DNA of 64,000 bases from Orbicella franksi (lineage: Eukaryota). The notes beneath the pieces are model-generated. The model was not told where the DNA came from. It saw nothing but the letters and a program-made list of their open reading frames with translations, and made no database searches. The stretch spans positions 8,122,001 to 8,186,000 of the forward strand of contig OZ116701.1 of NCBI GenBank assembly GCA_964199315.1, read 5' to 3'. How positions within the stretch are numbered: position 1 is the first letter of the stretch; each line of letters opens with the position of its first letter. The translations under genes were made by a program, and so were the position numbers. Below, piece by piece: positions 12,240-24,614 of this stretch.

Positions 12240-13134
12240 TATGACTGCAATACGAATTTTCTCCAATTTTAGCAAGTTACCAGCGGAATCCCAAAATATT
12301 TAGTAATCAAATCAAGAAATACAGAGCCACTGGAAAACGAACTATATACAAAAAGTACCTTTCTGTTTCAGTTAGACGACTCTACACAAATACAACTGGA
12401 TAATGTTGAAACTAGAGACTTCTACGCTTTACTAAACCGGAAAATTTACTGTGACGGCCCGACTAGCCCAATGAATTGGAACAGCAAAATAAGACTAGAT
12501 AAGAATGCCTGGAAAAAATTTTCACCTCCCTAAAGAGCATCTGCAAGGAGACAAAATTGAAGGAATTCCAGTTTAAATTAATTCATAGAATTGTAGTTAC
12601 TAAAAAAGAGCTTCATCGATGTGGAATTAAAGCGGACGATGAATATCTCTACTGTGGTGAGAAAGATTCAATTGATCATACTTTTCTTAACTGTCGACTG
12701 CAAAGATTTTCCTTAACAACGTAACTGACGCTACCAACAACTCACAATTTTCTCCAACAGTTGAAGAGAAACTATTTGGTATCATATCTGGCCCATACGA
12801 AAAAGAAATATTAAAGAAATTACACGATCCTATTTATGAAATACTTCATATACACTAGTAAGATGCAGAACCAAGCTATTTGCCTTTCAGTCTTTGTTAA
12901 TAAAGTTTTATTTAAGTATAGAATAGAAAACTTTAGTCATTAGCTACAAAAAAATGCCCCTCGCAAAAGCGCAAAACCTTACCCGAAATTAGTTAAGTTA
13001 TAATTGAGAGAAATGTTAAAACTAGTTTTGGTAACCAATGTAAAGTAGATTGGGCGATATATGTGATAGTTGTTGTAATTACTAGTAATGCAGGAAACCA
13101 ATAAAGTACTTAACTACCGAAAAAACAAACAAAA
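12240..13134 (+). mobile_element. 5'-truncated non-LTR retrotransposon (3' end of ORF2 with Cys/His zinc-binding motif); copies at ~27715-28520 and ~35630-36440, stub in unit 2
   Basis: KEFQFKLIHRIVVTKKELHRCGIKADDEYLYCGEKDSIDHTFLNC, AATAAA plus A-rich tail, 11-bp TSD attagtgcacg at 12229-12239 and 13135-13145. Confidence 0.85.
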
Positions 13135-13192
13135 ATTAGTGCACGAGGATTGAATTTCATGTTTCCTAATGTTTCTAGTGCCACCTTCTTTT

Positions 13193-14235
13193 TAGGCTGT
13201 GTACAGTCCCCTATTTTTCCGTGAGATCGTAGAGGTCGATCGTTGAGCTTGACGGGCCCCGATCTTGGTCTCTTGATGCGAGCGAAACTGGAGAGAGTAC
13301 AAAATGCCCGTTGGTAGGGGTGGTGGAAGGTACGGCTGGCGGAAAAAATAGGGAGACTGTAACAGCTTCACTCCGTCTCGTGTTCAAGGGGTGCGGCCAC
13401 CAGTTTGGCGCCTCCGTTAATCAAATCAATTAACAAATCTTCTCCCTTGAGAAAAAACTTGTCAAATCATGGATGATGATGATATGAATACATGTTACTG
13501 TGTTGTGAATTTCGAAACATTTTGAAGGTTTACTAAGTTGAGTCGAATGAATGCGGGACGGAAGAACTCTTCTCTGACTCCAAAAAAAGGGGCAAAGCCC
13601 GCAGAGAATACCAATTATTCAGATGCGTGCCGTCTTTGCCCGGCGTCTTTGTGGCATTAATTGTAAAATTTCAGTCGGAAATAAGAACAACCAACGGAGC
13701 TTTCAGCCATTTCCTTCGCCAAAACGAAACATTGATATATTAAACTCTTGCCAAAACCAGTTGGAAGAACCGCCAAAACATCTTTTCCTTCTAGTAAACG
13801 AGAAACACACTCCTTTTGCTCGTGCTTTAACACCAATCCTCCAAGACAAGAAGCAGACAGACGATCAAAATCAAAACATTCTCCAGAAAATTCTCTTGAA
13901 ATCGATGCCGTTTCGGCCTGAGTCGCGAAGTGATGAATGTCACTTTCTGTCACTCAAGTTGTCAACGCTCTGCTCGCTCTGATGAATTCTGTTGTCCCTT
14001 TCACCAATCAGGTGTTGCCGTTGCTGGAGCAACTAACGCAGCGAATACCAGACAGAGGGAAGCTGTTACAGTCTCCCTATTTTTTCCGCCAGCCGTGCCC
14101 TCCCCCACCCCTACCCACGGGCGTTTTGTACTCTCTCTAGTTTCGCTCGCATCAAGAGACCAAGATCGCGGCCCGTCAAGCTCAACGACCGACATCTACG
14201 ATCCCACGGGAAAAAAGGGGGCTGTGAACAGTCTA
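13193..14235 (-). mobile_element. Non-autonomous Academ-type (AcademH-like) DNA transposon carrying a RecQ-like helicase fragment
   Basis: TAGGCTG...CAGTCTA termini, ~175-bp TIRs, 9-bp TSD ccttc(t/c)ttt, internal LKHEQKECVSRLLEGKDVLAVLPTGFGKSLIYQ (SF2 helicase motif I). The empty site is present in units 3 and 4. Confidence 0.8.
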
Positions 14236-15102
14236 CCTTCCTTTTGGCAATATCAATATCTTCGTTCACATTTTTGGAATAAAGGCGCAAATTTAGACTA
14301 CATACTACATACTACTGCATTACATACTTAGCTGAGTTTGTAATGTTAGTAAGCTTACCATACCAAAATTTTGTTTCCCTTTAGATTTTCTCTTCATAGT
14401 AGGTTGCTCACGTAACTTGAATTTATAGTTCTATTTTTGGATTTGATATTTGAGCAGGATTTTATTTATTCCAAAAAGTTATTTTGAAGACAGAAATTTA
14501 ACCAGCCAAAACTTGATACGATCGATAAACTCATCTTTAGGTCATCTTCCTCTCGAGCTCTGGGTTTACTCAAGAAATCTTAACTTTTAATGTACTCCTA
14601 TTTCCATATATCTATAACTGAAAAGCTATCTCTTGCCAGGTCAAATCCTGGGCGAAAAAAACGTTAATGCAAGATTCTGTCATTTACAGAATAAAGGATT
14701 CTGGCATTGACAACAAAGTGCAAGTGAATTGAAAAATATGGTCTGGAACTTCGTTGAACTTAAATTATAAGATCCGTCTATTAAATAACCATTTACAATA
14801 ATTAAGCCAGTGTGGTTTATCTACTTTAAAGTGAACTTCAGAGTCCAGATGCCGGCTGTAGCCACGCGGTAAATTGAAACACAGTCACAGTTTACAATTA
14901 ACAATTCCATGTATTTATGGAAACTTCCTTTATGGGTATTAACACAGAATCAAGGAAAAAAGATAACAGGTCCCATTAACCGCTCTATCCAAAATAGCTT
15001 CCTTTCACTCAAGTTGATCTAGGTTAATATTATGGCTATGACGAAAGAAAAAGCCACGTTCACCACGATTTTACTATTAATAGCTCGGCAGAATTGTATT
15101 TC

Positions 15103-15166
15103 ATTGGTTAAAACGGCGGCAAAGATACTATAAAAAGCTTGCAAGAACAAAAATATTATCTTAGTC
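15103..15166 (+). promoter_or_regulatory. Putative core promoter of peptide gene copy 1: ATTGG (CCAAT), TATAAAA 15129-15135, initiator-like TTAGTC
   Basis: Motif order and spacing 25-90 bp upstream of ATG 15190, largely conserved in the paralogs. No transcript data. Confidence 0.5.
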
Positions 15167-15189
15167 GTCGATAGAAGAAAAGAGGAGCT

Positions 15190-15616
15190 ATGAAGGCTAA
15201 ACTACTTATTCTCTTCGTGCTTGTAGCTGGCTCAATTCTCGCCTGTACAGAAGGCAGTTTATCGTACATTGGGCAACCACCCATTGGAAGAAAGAGAGAG
15301 GTACGCTTGTATTTTGGTTTTTAGCTACAGTCACCAGTCTGGCTTTTTTTTTAGCGAACTTTCTGTACAAGAATACTCTAAGTAAAAACCAAAGGTTCAT
15401 GCAATAAGTCTTGGAGGTACTCCTTAAAATGTTTCATTTGAATCGTTATAAATAACAATCAAACCACTAGTTTCACCAACACTTTTCATTTGGATTACAT
15501 TATCATTTTAGTTTCAGAAGGTCCAACTAGAAGTGTGCCGAGCAGCAAGGCAGATTCGATGTGATGATTTGGAAGACAAAGGAATGAAAGAGATGACTAC
15601 AGGCTACAATCGTTAA
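15190..15616 (+). CDS. Secreted amidated-peptide precursor, copy 1; exons 15190-15300 and 15518-15616; 69 aa MKAKLLILFVLVAGSILACTEG-SLSYIGQPPI-GRKR-EKVQLEVCRAARQIRCDDLEDKGMKEMTTGYNR
   Basis: Hydrophobic signal peptide ending TEG, Gly plus basic RKR site, phase-0 GT...AG intron (GAG|gtacgc, tttcag|AAG), two-Cys tail, stop TAA. Intact in four paralogs. Confidence 0.85.
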
Positions 15617-17428
15617 CTGAAACCCGGAAAACTGACACAAGAACCAAGGACCTAAGGAATGTTTTAACTGGACTTGATATCATGGAATTAAATCTGTCTT
15701 AAATTAACTAATAATAGAAAATAGAAGGAATCGTAAAAATTTAAACGTCTTTTTCTTTGTCACTTTGGCTGATTGGTCTCGATTATGGACTATTTGACGC
15801 GAATAGGGGATTTTTAGTCGTGTGGATAGCACGCTAGATCGTCGAAGGTACACTGTACCCCCGCCCCCCTCCCGCCATCTTGAGTTTTGCCCCTTCCCCT
15901 TCACACTCCTTTGCTCCTTGGTGGTAAGTACAAGTTAGGTTTCTCTTTTCCTGGTCAAGCTAAAAAGACAAAGAGAAACTCAACCATTTCTTTCGATCTA
16001 TTTTTAGCGGTATAGAACTAATTTTCCGTAAATTATCGACACGATAATGACACTGCAAAATTTCGGAAGTTTGATTTTTGCCAGATTGATCTTAAAGCCA
16101 GTAATTTCCCAATACAACTCTTCGTGCGACCATGTTTGCATTGCAAGTTGAAAATGCAAGTATTATCAACGTTCTACAAGTTACAACAACATCATGATAT
16201 TGCATCGAGCTGGAACGAGTTTCAGGGCGTTCGAGCCTAGTGTTTCTGCGCTTCCTTACTACACAGGAGACTCATTTTGCAATGCCACGCCACGTTAAGA
16301 AAAGAGATGTACAGCTGTTTCGACAAAGCTTGTGCACAAAAACGTAAAAGCGTACGCGACAGGACCACTGTATCCGGGGTCCAGCTCGCTTGGCTTATTT
16401 TCTGTTTTGAAGCAAGACGTTCCCGCCTCCCCTCCCCTCCCCCCCCCCCCGAAAAAAAACCTTTTAAAGAGACTGCTACAAGAGTTAAATGAATGGTGTA
16501 AATAGTTTCTTATTGGGGCGTCTATAAGTTGAGACAACAGGAAAACTACGGCTGCTTTTCATTATGCCAGACCAACCAGTTAGAGAGCAGTGGATTAACC
16601 CAGGAAAATGGAGGAACATTTTTCGGTCAAATCTGGACAACTGAAAGGAACGGCTTTGACCATTTTCTATTCGACCACCAAAGTGAAAATCTACGGAATA
16701 GAAGTAGGGCGAACCGATTTGTCAAAATGGAACGGCCAATTGCGGTCCGATCGGTCAGACCGATCCGAAACGGACCTTTCCATTTGACGTTCTACCGAAA
16801 TTTCCGGAATTTTTGGCACCATGGAAAGCACCCTAAGACTCCTCAACCAATCAGTGCGATAGTTCTGCCATAATTTGTATCCTGATGAAACTCATGTGAA
16901 TCTGGGTGTTGAAGTCTGCGTGATTCAAGAACAGCTTGTCAGCTGTTTCCTCTTATGCTGATAACTCGAGCCATTTTTGTTAGGAGAATTTCTCGAGCAG
17001 CAAAAAGGGTCTTGAAATTCAACTAAAAGCTAAATGAAACTCACTTTAACCAGTTTTATTATTATTATTATTATTATTATTTCTATTTTTATTATTATTT
17101 GTTTTTTTTTCATCTTATCTTATTTTATTTTAGGCTCTTTTTCTACTTCTCTACAGATTCTGTGTAAAGTTGAAGGCGGAAATAATGAAATGAAGTTAGA
17201 CACTTACGCTAACAACTTATCTAGTTTAACCTAGTTTATCTTTAAATTGATTGCTACTTGAAAATAGCAGTTAACTAAGATAGAAAAACACCAAAGAGAT
17301 GATAATAAACCATAAAGGAACAAGAAATGAGAAGATTAACTCGGATTACAAACGATGAACCTGAACATTTTAGGCTAAACTTTTCAAGACGAGCAAACCA
17401 TGATGTAGCTCATTTAAATATGCGTGGC

Positions 17429-18367
17429 TTAATTTACTCTTTCAGTCAAAGAGCTTTCTGTTCGCGCTAGAGTATTTAAAGCAAACGAAAATCCATCGTT
17501 ACGAGTGCCTTTCTCCTTCCAAACATCTCCAGGCTCGCTGGGATTTTGATGGTCCGTCCACGCTCTCTTTTCGTTGTCCGCACCAATGGCTTCGCTTTGC
17601 TTCACTTGTTTCAGCTTGCATTCAGTGTCCTCTCTCTTGCGGATGCGCATGCAGTAATCGCCCTTTAGACTCCGGGAAATGCGAAAAGCCTTCTTTGCAG
17701 CTTTCCTGAATTCTTTGCTCTTAAACGAACACACTGAGGGATTAAACAGCGCATGCGAAAAGGCTAGTATCTCCACAGTAACAACGAGAGTCCCGAATGA
17801 GTCGAACTGGTCCATTATAGGTGTCACATACAACAACTCAATGACTTTCAGGGGCGTTAGACACACCACCAACACTATAAATACAACTAAATGCATTCTT
17901 ATGATGCTCCTTCGCATTTTCACGGTGCCACAGATATCAAATCGTGACCGTGATCGAAATCGTTGCACAACGGTGCGGAGTTTTCTCGAAACTCTTGCGA
18001 ACGTAAAGGACAGAATTACAAGAGGTATAAAATAAAGCAAAATAAAGACTGGCACATGATAACAAAGGAAAACTAGTAAGTAGTCATCTGGGCGCTCCTC
18101 GGTACAAACTAGTCTATCTTTCGACATGGTAGTTGAGCTGAAGAAGACCTGTGACTGAGCCAAAATACACGCTGCAATCGAAAAGTAAGTCCGCTGTCAC
18201 CATGTTGCAAAGCAGATTGTTGGTCACATTTCGCAGTTCCTTTACTCGATAGAATACAAACAATATGGCTGTGTCGACGACGAAAGCGAGAACAAGAAGC
18301 GTCACATAAAGTCCAAACCCAAAAACGTGAAGCCATTCGGGAAGCTCGTCTACAGAAAATATGCCTG
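17429..18367 (-). pseudogene. GPCR pseudogene copy 1
   Basis: Paralog of 39630-40880. Lacks the first 21 codons, has a 218-bp frameshifting deletion (TM2-TM4) and a private 40-bp deletion at the C-terminus. Confidence 0.93.
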
Positions 18368-20510
18368 AAAATCGGAGGTCTTCCCTTTGGTTTTGGTCTT
18401 TCGAGACTGATGGGTATAAATTTAGTTTGAGGTAGTTAAGGGTAATAGAACGTAGCGTTGCAACGCTACGTTCTATTGGCCTTAGCTACATCAAGAGGAA
18501 AGGCCCGACACCACCAAAACCAATGTTAAGAGCGATAGGTCAGCTAATGAAGAGAAACGATATTGTAATTACGCGACCAGATAAAGGCTCAAGAGTCGTG
18601 ATCTTGGACAAAACAGAATATGTCAGCCTACTGAGGGAATCATCTATTAGTGATGAAACTAAATTTATACCCATCAGTCTCGAAAGACCAAAAGCAAAGG
18701 GAAGACCTCTGAAGCATTACCACCCACTACTTAAAAAGGAGAAGGATCTGTCCTCCATCGTGCAAAGAATTCTTCCGAAACCCATAGCCGACTCACTGAT
18801 CCAAAAGGGTTCTAGGCTCGCACACCTTTATGGTTTGCCAAAGACCCACAAGAAGAAACTAGCGGTCCGTCCAATCCTGTCAGCAACAAGAACCTACAAT
18901 TACAAGCTTGCTAAGGGGCTTGATGAGGAGCTAAAACCTTTGTCCGTCAACGACCAAACCGTTAATGACATCTTCTCGTTTGCTGGTGATCTTCATGAGA
19001 TGAAAATCGACGAACAGGACATTTTAGTGTCATACGATGTTCCGTCTCTTTTCGCAAACGTACCAGTGGATGAAACAATCGAAATCCTAGCGGAAAAAGC
19101 TTTCAAACCCGATTGATTCAATAAGGAATATGACCTCAACACCACAAAAACTGACCTTATGGAGCTGTTAGAAGTTGCTACGAAAAACCGGCTTTTCCAA
19201 TTCGAAGGAAATCTGTATGAGCAAGTGGACCGGGTTACCATGGGCTCTCCCCTCGGGTCACTAATGGCAAATGCGTTTATGTGCAATATTGAAGAAAAAT
19301 TGGAAAACTAAAACAAGATGCCTGTTTTCTATAAGCGCTATGTCGACGACACCCTCAGCAAATGCCCGATGTTTCATCTGCCTCTGAATTCTTGTTAACA
19401 CTGAATGAAATCCACCCCTCACTCAGCTTCACAATGGAATTCGAAGACAACGGCAAGCTTCCCTTTCTTGGAATAGTGATTATCAGAAATGGTCCCCGAC
19501 TAGATACGAAGGTCTACGTGAAACCGACCGATACTGGGCTTTTACTGCATTACCAAAGCCATGTTGACCTAAGGTATAAACATTCTGTACTGAAGACAAT
19601 GTTAAACCGTGCGTTCAAACTCTCCTCGAATTGGCAGTTCTTCCATCAAGAATGTGAACGTCTTAAAATGGTTTTTGCTCGCCTGCATTATCCCAAAACC
19701 CTCGTAGAGGACGTAGAGGACACCATCAGACATTTTATTGAAATGAAAGTTACTGAGAATGTGTGTTCTAAACAACAAGTATCCATGAACAAGATGCTCC
19801 CATCAGAATTGTCTTACCGTTCAAAGACCAGAAATCGGCGAATGCGGTAAGACACCAACTCGGTGATCTCAGTCGAAAGATTGATGCCGTTGTCCAGCCT
19901 GTTTACACAAGTCAGAATATCAAGAGACAATTCAAACCAAAGGAACATAAACCTCCAATTGAGAATCAACAAAACGTTGTTTATTATTACGAGTGTGGTC
20001 TGTGCGATGCAGACTATGCCGGCCTCACGAGTTGACACCTACATCAACGTGTGGAGGAACATAAGCGATCAACAGTCGGCAACGACGTAAAGGATGAGCA
20101 CGGAAAGGATCCAGAGACCATTGGAAGCAATTTCAAGATTTTGAAAAAATGTCAGAGTAAACTCGACTGTTTGATTATTGAAAAGCTTTTTATTCGTAAA
20201 CTTCAACCAAAATTGAACAAACAGAGTGACTCGATCCGCGCGAAGCTATTTACTTAATTATTTTTAAATTATTTTATTTCAAATCGTTTCTATCGCCTTA
20301 ACGTTTTTATTGCTCATGCCGCAATTTTCTTGTATTGTTTCTATGTAGTCAGTGTCTCATTAGCATTTTCATTAGCATTCTCATAATCGATTGTATATAT
20401 TTGGACGCATGCAAAACTTTTACTTTTCAATTTGAAAATGACCGTCGAGCGGTCGGTTGTCTTTTAACGTTAACGTTTTTAGTGAAATCCGTTTCTAAAA
20501 ATTTGTTGAT
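18368..20510 (+). mobile_element. Penelope-like retroelement (RT plus GIY-YIG), 5'-truncated with inverted 5' end, inactive; copy 1
   Basis: ITRPDKG, LYGLPKTHK, RPILS, SYDVPSLF, MGSPLG, RYVDD, LPFLG, VYVKPT, VVYYYECGLCDADY, EKLFIRKLQPKLNKQ. Contains stops and frameshifts. Confidence 0.93.
18444..18477. repeat. Perfect 34-bp palindrome at the fold-back centre of the retroelement 5' end (also 24692-24723 and 32607-32642)
   Basis: aatagaacgtagcgttg|caacgctacgttctatt. Confidence 0.95.
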
Positions 20511-21613
20511 TCGAAAAAATCGTTTTACCATAAAAGCATAGCATTTGTAACACACAGCCCTTTTTCTCCATTATATTCCTTTCGTCTTCTTGTTAACTGA
20601 TAGTAGCAATTATTTGTTATAGCATACAACAAAGCTAAGTTCAAAATAGCTGCCGGCAGATGAATCGGACTATTTTTAACGTCGTACCACAACTATTTTT
20701 TGCCTCGTACAACATGGATTAAAACCATTAATGCTAAAAATCGTCTCCTGTTACATACTAGCAATGTGAGTTTACTAAACTGGGAAGTGCTAGAAAGTTC
20801 GGAGCAAGTGTTTTATTAGTCAAAGAAAACTGCAAAATATTGACAGCATTCATAACAGAAAACTCTACAGAATGTTTCCACCTAGGCGCTCCCCATGTCG
20901 TTTCTCTCAAATTGAGGCCAGTAATGCCTCATCAACAAAACTACACCACTCTCTAGACTGAAGGGCATCGACATTTATTGATTACGTGATCTTAGTGGTC
21001 AAGTATTGAAGTGCAGCAAGCATGAGAAGAGCCCTGATAATTATGCCGAGCAACTCCTCTTTGAAAAGCTGCCAACTTGATTTCGACTTCCGCTCATTTA
21101 GTCTCTCTTTGTAGCAACAAATGTTCAAAACCAACGAAAACGAAAATACTGGATCTGTCAGAGAATAAAAGATCCCGCAATTGTTGATAAAGTTCTAACA
21201 AATTTTCCGAGTGCAAAATGTGCTGACCATTTGCAATTCTTCACCGCTATCGTGAAATTATGATATTATGATGTGGTTGAGCTCGTCTTGGTCTCTTACA
21301 GTAAGGGGAAGGAAGAGGGGAGTGGAGGGAGAGAGGATAAAATGGTAAATGGCCAATCCGAACGCAACTTACAATCAGGGATTTCTGCTTGCCATTTGTA
21401 CAAACCTTTGACTAAACGGTTTCTTCGTGTAAAGGGTAAATAACCTGAGTGTCATTAGTGCAGCTATGACTGCAATACGAGTTTTCTCCAATTTTACCAA
21501 GTTACCAGCGCAATCCCAAAATATTTAGTTAAAACGGCGGCAAAGATACTATAAAAAAAGCTTGCAAGAAGAAAAAATATTATCTTATTCGTCGATAGAA
21601 GAAAAGAGGAGCT

Positions 21614-22036
21614 ATGAAGGCTAAACTACTTATTCTCTTCGTGCTTGTAGCTGGCGCAATTCTCGCCTGTACAGAAGGCAGTATATTGTCCATTGGGCAA
21701 CCACCCATTGGAAGAAAGAGGGAGGTACGCTTGAGTTTTGGTTTTTAACTACAGTCACCAGTTTGGCTTGTTTTTTAGTGAGCTTTCTGTACAAGAATAC
21801 TTTAAGTAATAAGCAAAGGTTCATGCAATAAGTCTTGGAGTTACTCCTTAAAATGTTTCATTTGAATCGTTGTAACAATCAAACCACTAGTTTCACCAAC
21901 ACTTTCCATTTGGATTATATTATCATTTTAGTTTCAGAAGGTCCAACGAGATGTGTGCCGAGCAGCAAGGCAGATTCAATGTGATGATTTAGAAAACGAA
22001 GGAATGAAAGAGATGACTACAGGCTACAATCGTTAA
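21614..22036 (+). CDS. Secreted amidated-peptide precursor, copy 2; exons 21614-21724 and 21938-22036; peptide SILSIGQPPI-GRKR
   Basis: Same architecture and splice sites, 69 aa, tail KVQRDVCRAARQIQCDDLENEGMKEMTTGYNR. Confidence 0.85.
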
Positions 22037-23645
22037 CTGAAACCCGGAAAACTGACACAAGAACCAAGGACTTAAGGAACGTTTTAACTGGACTTGATAT
22101 CATGGGATTAAATCTGGCTTAAATTAACTAATATTAGAAAATAAAAGGAATCGTAAAAATTTAAACGTCTTTTTCTTTGTCACTTTGGCTCATTGGTCTC
22201 GATTATGGGCTATTTATGCGAATAGGTGCGAATAGGGCATTGTTAGTCGTGTGGATAGAACGCTAGATCGTCGAAGGTGCACGGTAACTCTCCCCCCTCC
22301 CCCCCTCCTAGAGTTTTGCCCCTTCCCCGTCACACTATTCTACTCCTTGGTGGTGAGTAGAAGTTAGGTTTCTCTTTTCCTGGTCAAGCTAAAAAGGCAA
22401 AGAGAAACTCAACCATTTCTTTCCATCTGTTTTCAGAGGTATAGGACTAATTTGCCATAAATTGTCTACACGATAATGATACTGCAAAATTTCGGGAAGT
22501 TTGATTTTTGCCCCAAGGATCTTAAAGCCAGTAATTTTCCAATGGAACTTGTCGTGCGACCATGTTTGCATTACAAGTTGAAAATGCAAGTATTATCAAC
22601 ATTCTACATTTACAACAACATCATGATATTGTATCCAGCAGGAACGAGTTTCAGGGCGTTCGAGCCTAGTGTTTCTGGGCTTAGTTACTACACATGAGAC
22701 TCATTTTGCAATGCCACGCCACTTTAAGAAAAGAGATGTACAGCTGTTTCGACAAAGCTTGTGCACAAAAACGTAAAAGCGTACGCGACAGGACCACTGT
22801 ATCCGGGGTCCAGCTCGCTTGGCTTATTTTCTGTTTTGAAGCGAGACGTTCCCGTCTCCCCTCCCCTCCCCCTCTCCCCTCCGAAAAAAAAAACTCTTTT
22901 AAAAAGACTGCTACGACAGTTTAATGAATGGTATAAATAGCTTCTTATTAGGGCGTCTATAAGTTGAGACAACTGGAAAACTACGGGTGCTTTTCATTAT
23001 GCCAGACCAACCGGTCAGAGACCAGCGGGATTAACCCAGGAAAATGGAATAAAATTTTTCGGTCAAATCTGGACAACTGAAAGGAATGGCTCTGAACACT
23101 TTCTATTCGGCCACAAAAGTGAAAATCTACGGAAAAGAAGTAGGGCAACGAACCGATTTGTCAAAATGGAACGGCCAATTGCGGTCCGACCGGTCAGACC
23201 GAACCGAAATGGACCTTTCCACTTGACGTTCTACTGAAATTGCCGGAATTTTTTCATCTTATCTTATTTTATTTCAGGCTCTTTTTCTACTTTTCCACTG
23301 ATTCTGTGTAAAGTGGAAGGCGGAAATAAACGCGTGAAAATCCAATTTGCTTGGACATGCCAAGGCTTATTGAAAGATGTGGCTCTGATTCACTTTTTGA
23401 AATGAAGTTAGACACTTACTTTAGCAGCTGATCTAGTTTAATCACGTACAAAATTGATTGCTACTTGAAGATAGCAGTTAACTAAGATAGAAAAACACCA
23501 AGGAGATGATAATAAACCATAAAGGAACAAGAAATGAGAAGATTAACTCGGATTACAAACGATGAACCTGAACATTTTAGGCTAAACTTTTCAAGACGAG
23601 CAAACCATGATGTAGCTCATTTAAATATGCGTGGCTTAATTTACT

Positions 23646-24614
23646 CTAACTTTTGCCATAGTCTTCCTCCCTAGGTATATCAGTCGTTTCAGTCAAAGAG
23701 CTTTCTGTTCGCGCTAGAGTATTTAAAGCAAACGAAAATCCATCGTTACGAGTGCCTTTCTCCTTCCAAACATCTCCAGGCTCGCTGGGATTTTGATGGT
23801 CCGTCCACGCTCTCTTTTCGTTGTCCGCACCAATGGCTTCGCTTTGCTTCACTTGTTTCAGCTTGCATTCAGTGTCCTCTCTCTTGCGGATGCGCATGCA
23901 GTAATCGCCCTTTAGACTCCGGGAAATGCGAAAAGCCTTCTTTGCAGCTTTCCTGAATTCTTTGCTCTTAAACGAACACACTGAGGGATTAAACAGCGCA
24001 TGCGAAAAGGCTAGTATCTCCACAGTAACAACGAGAGTCCCGAATGAGTCGAACTGGTCCATTATAGGTGTCACATACAACAACTCAATGACTTTTAGGG
24101 GCGTTAGACACACCACCAACACTATAAATACAACTAAATGCATTCTTATGATGCTCCTTCGCATTTTCACGGTGCCACAGATATCAAATCGTGACCGTGA
24201 TCGAAATCGTTGCACAACGGTGCGGAGTTTTCTCGAAACTCTTGCGAACGTAAAGGACAGAATTACAAGAGGTATAAAATAAAGCAAAATAAAGACTGGC
24301 ACATGATAACAAAGGAAAACTAGTAAGTAGTCATCTGGGCGCTCCTCGGTACAAACTAGTCTATCTTTCGACATGGTAGTTGAGCTGAAGAAGACCTGTG
24401 ACTGAGCCAAAATACACGCTGCAATCGAAAAGTAAGTCCGCTGTCACCATGTTGCAAAGCAGATTGTTGGTCACATTTCGCAGTTCCTTTACTCGATAGA
24501 ATACAAACAATATGGCTGTGTCGACGACGAAAGCGAGAACAAGAAGCGTCACATAAAGTCCAAACCCAAAAACGTGAAGCCATTCGGGAAGCTCGTCTAC
24601 AGAAAATATGCCTG
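23646..24614 (-). pseudogene. GPCR pseudogene copy 2
   Basis: Same 5' truncation and 218-bp deletion as copy 1. Confidence 0.93.

Noticed and set aside
13657-13953. Host RecQ helicase gene
   Set aside because: Only motif I is present, inside a TIR/TSD-bounded insertion that is absent from sister units.
15206-15400. 64-aa minus-strand ORF (MNLWFLLRVFLYRK...) repeated in several units
   Set aside because: It is the antisense shadow of peptide exon 1 and its intron. It is repeated only because the unit is duplicated, and it is disrupted in unit 4.
17679-18035. 118-aa plus-strand ORFs repeated four times (also 23926, 31843, 39910)
   Set aside because: Antisense to GPCR TM5-TM7, a common by-product of hydrophobic codons.
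20432-20455. Hammerhead ribozyme at the 3' end of the Penelope-like copies (ttgaaaatGACCGtcgagCGGTCg)
   Set aside because: A stem II-like hairpin is there, but the GAAA and cleavage-site segment is missing in all three copies, so it cannot be called functional.
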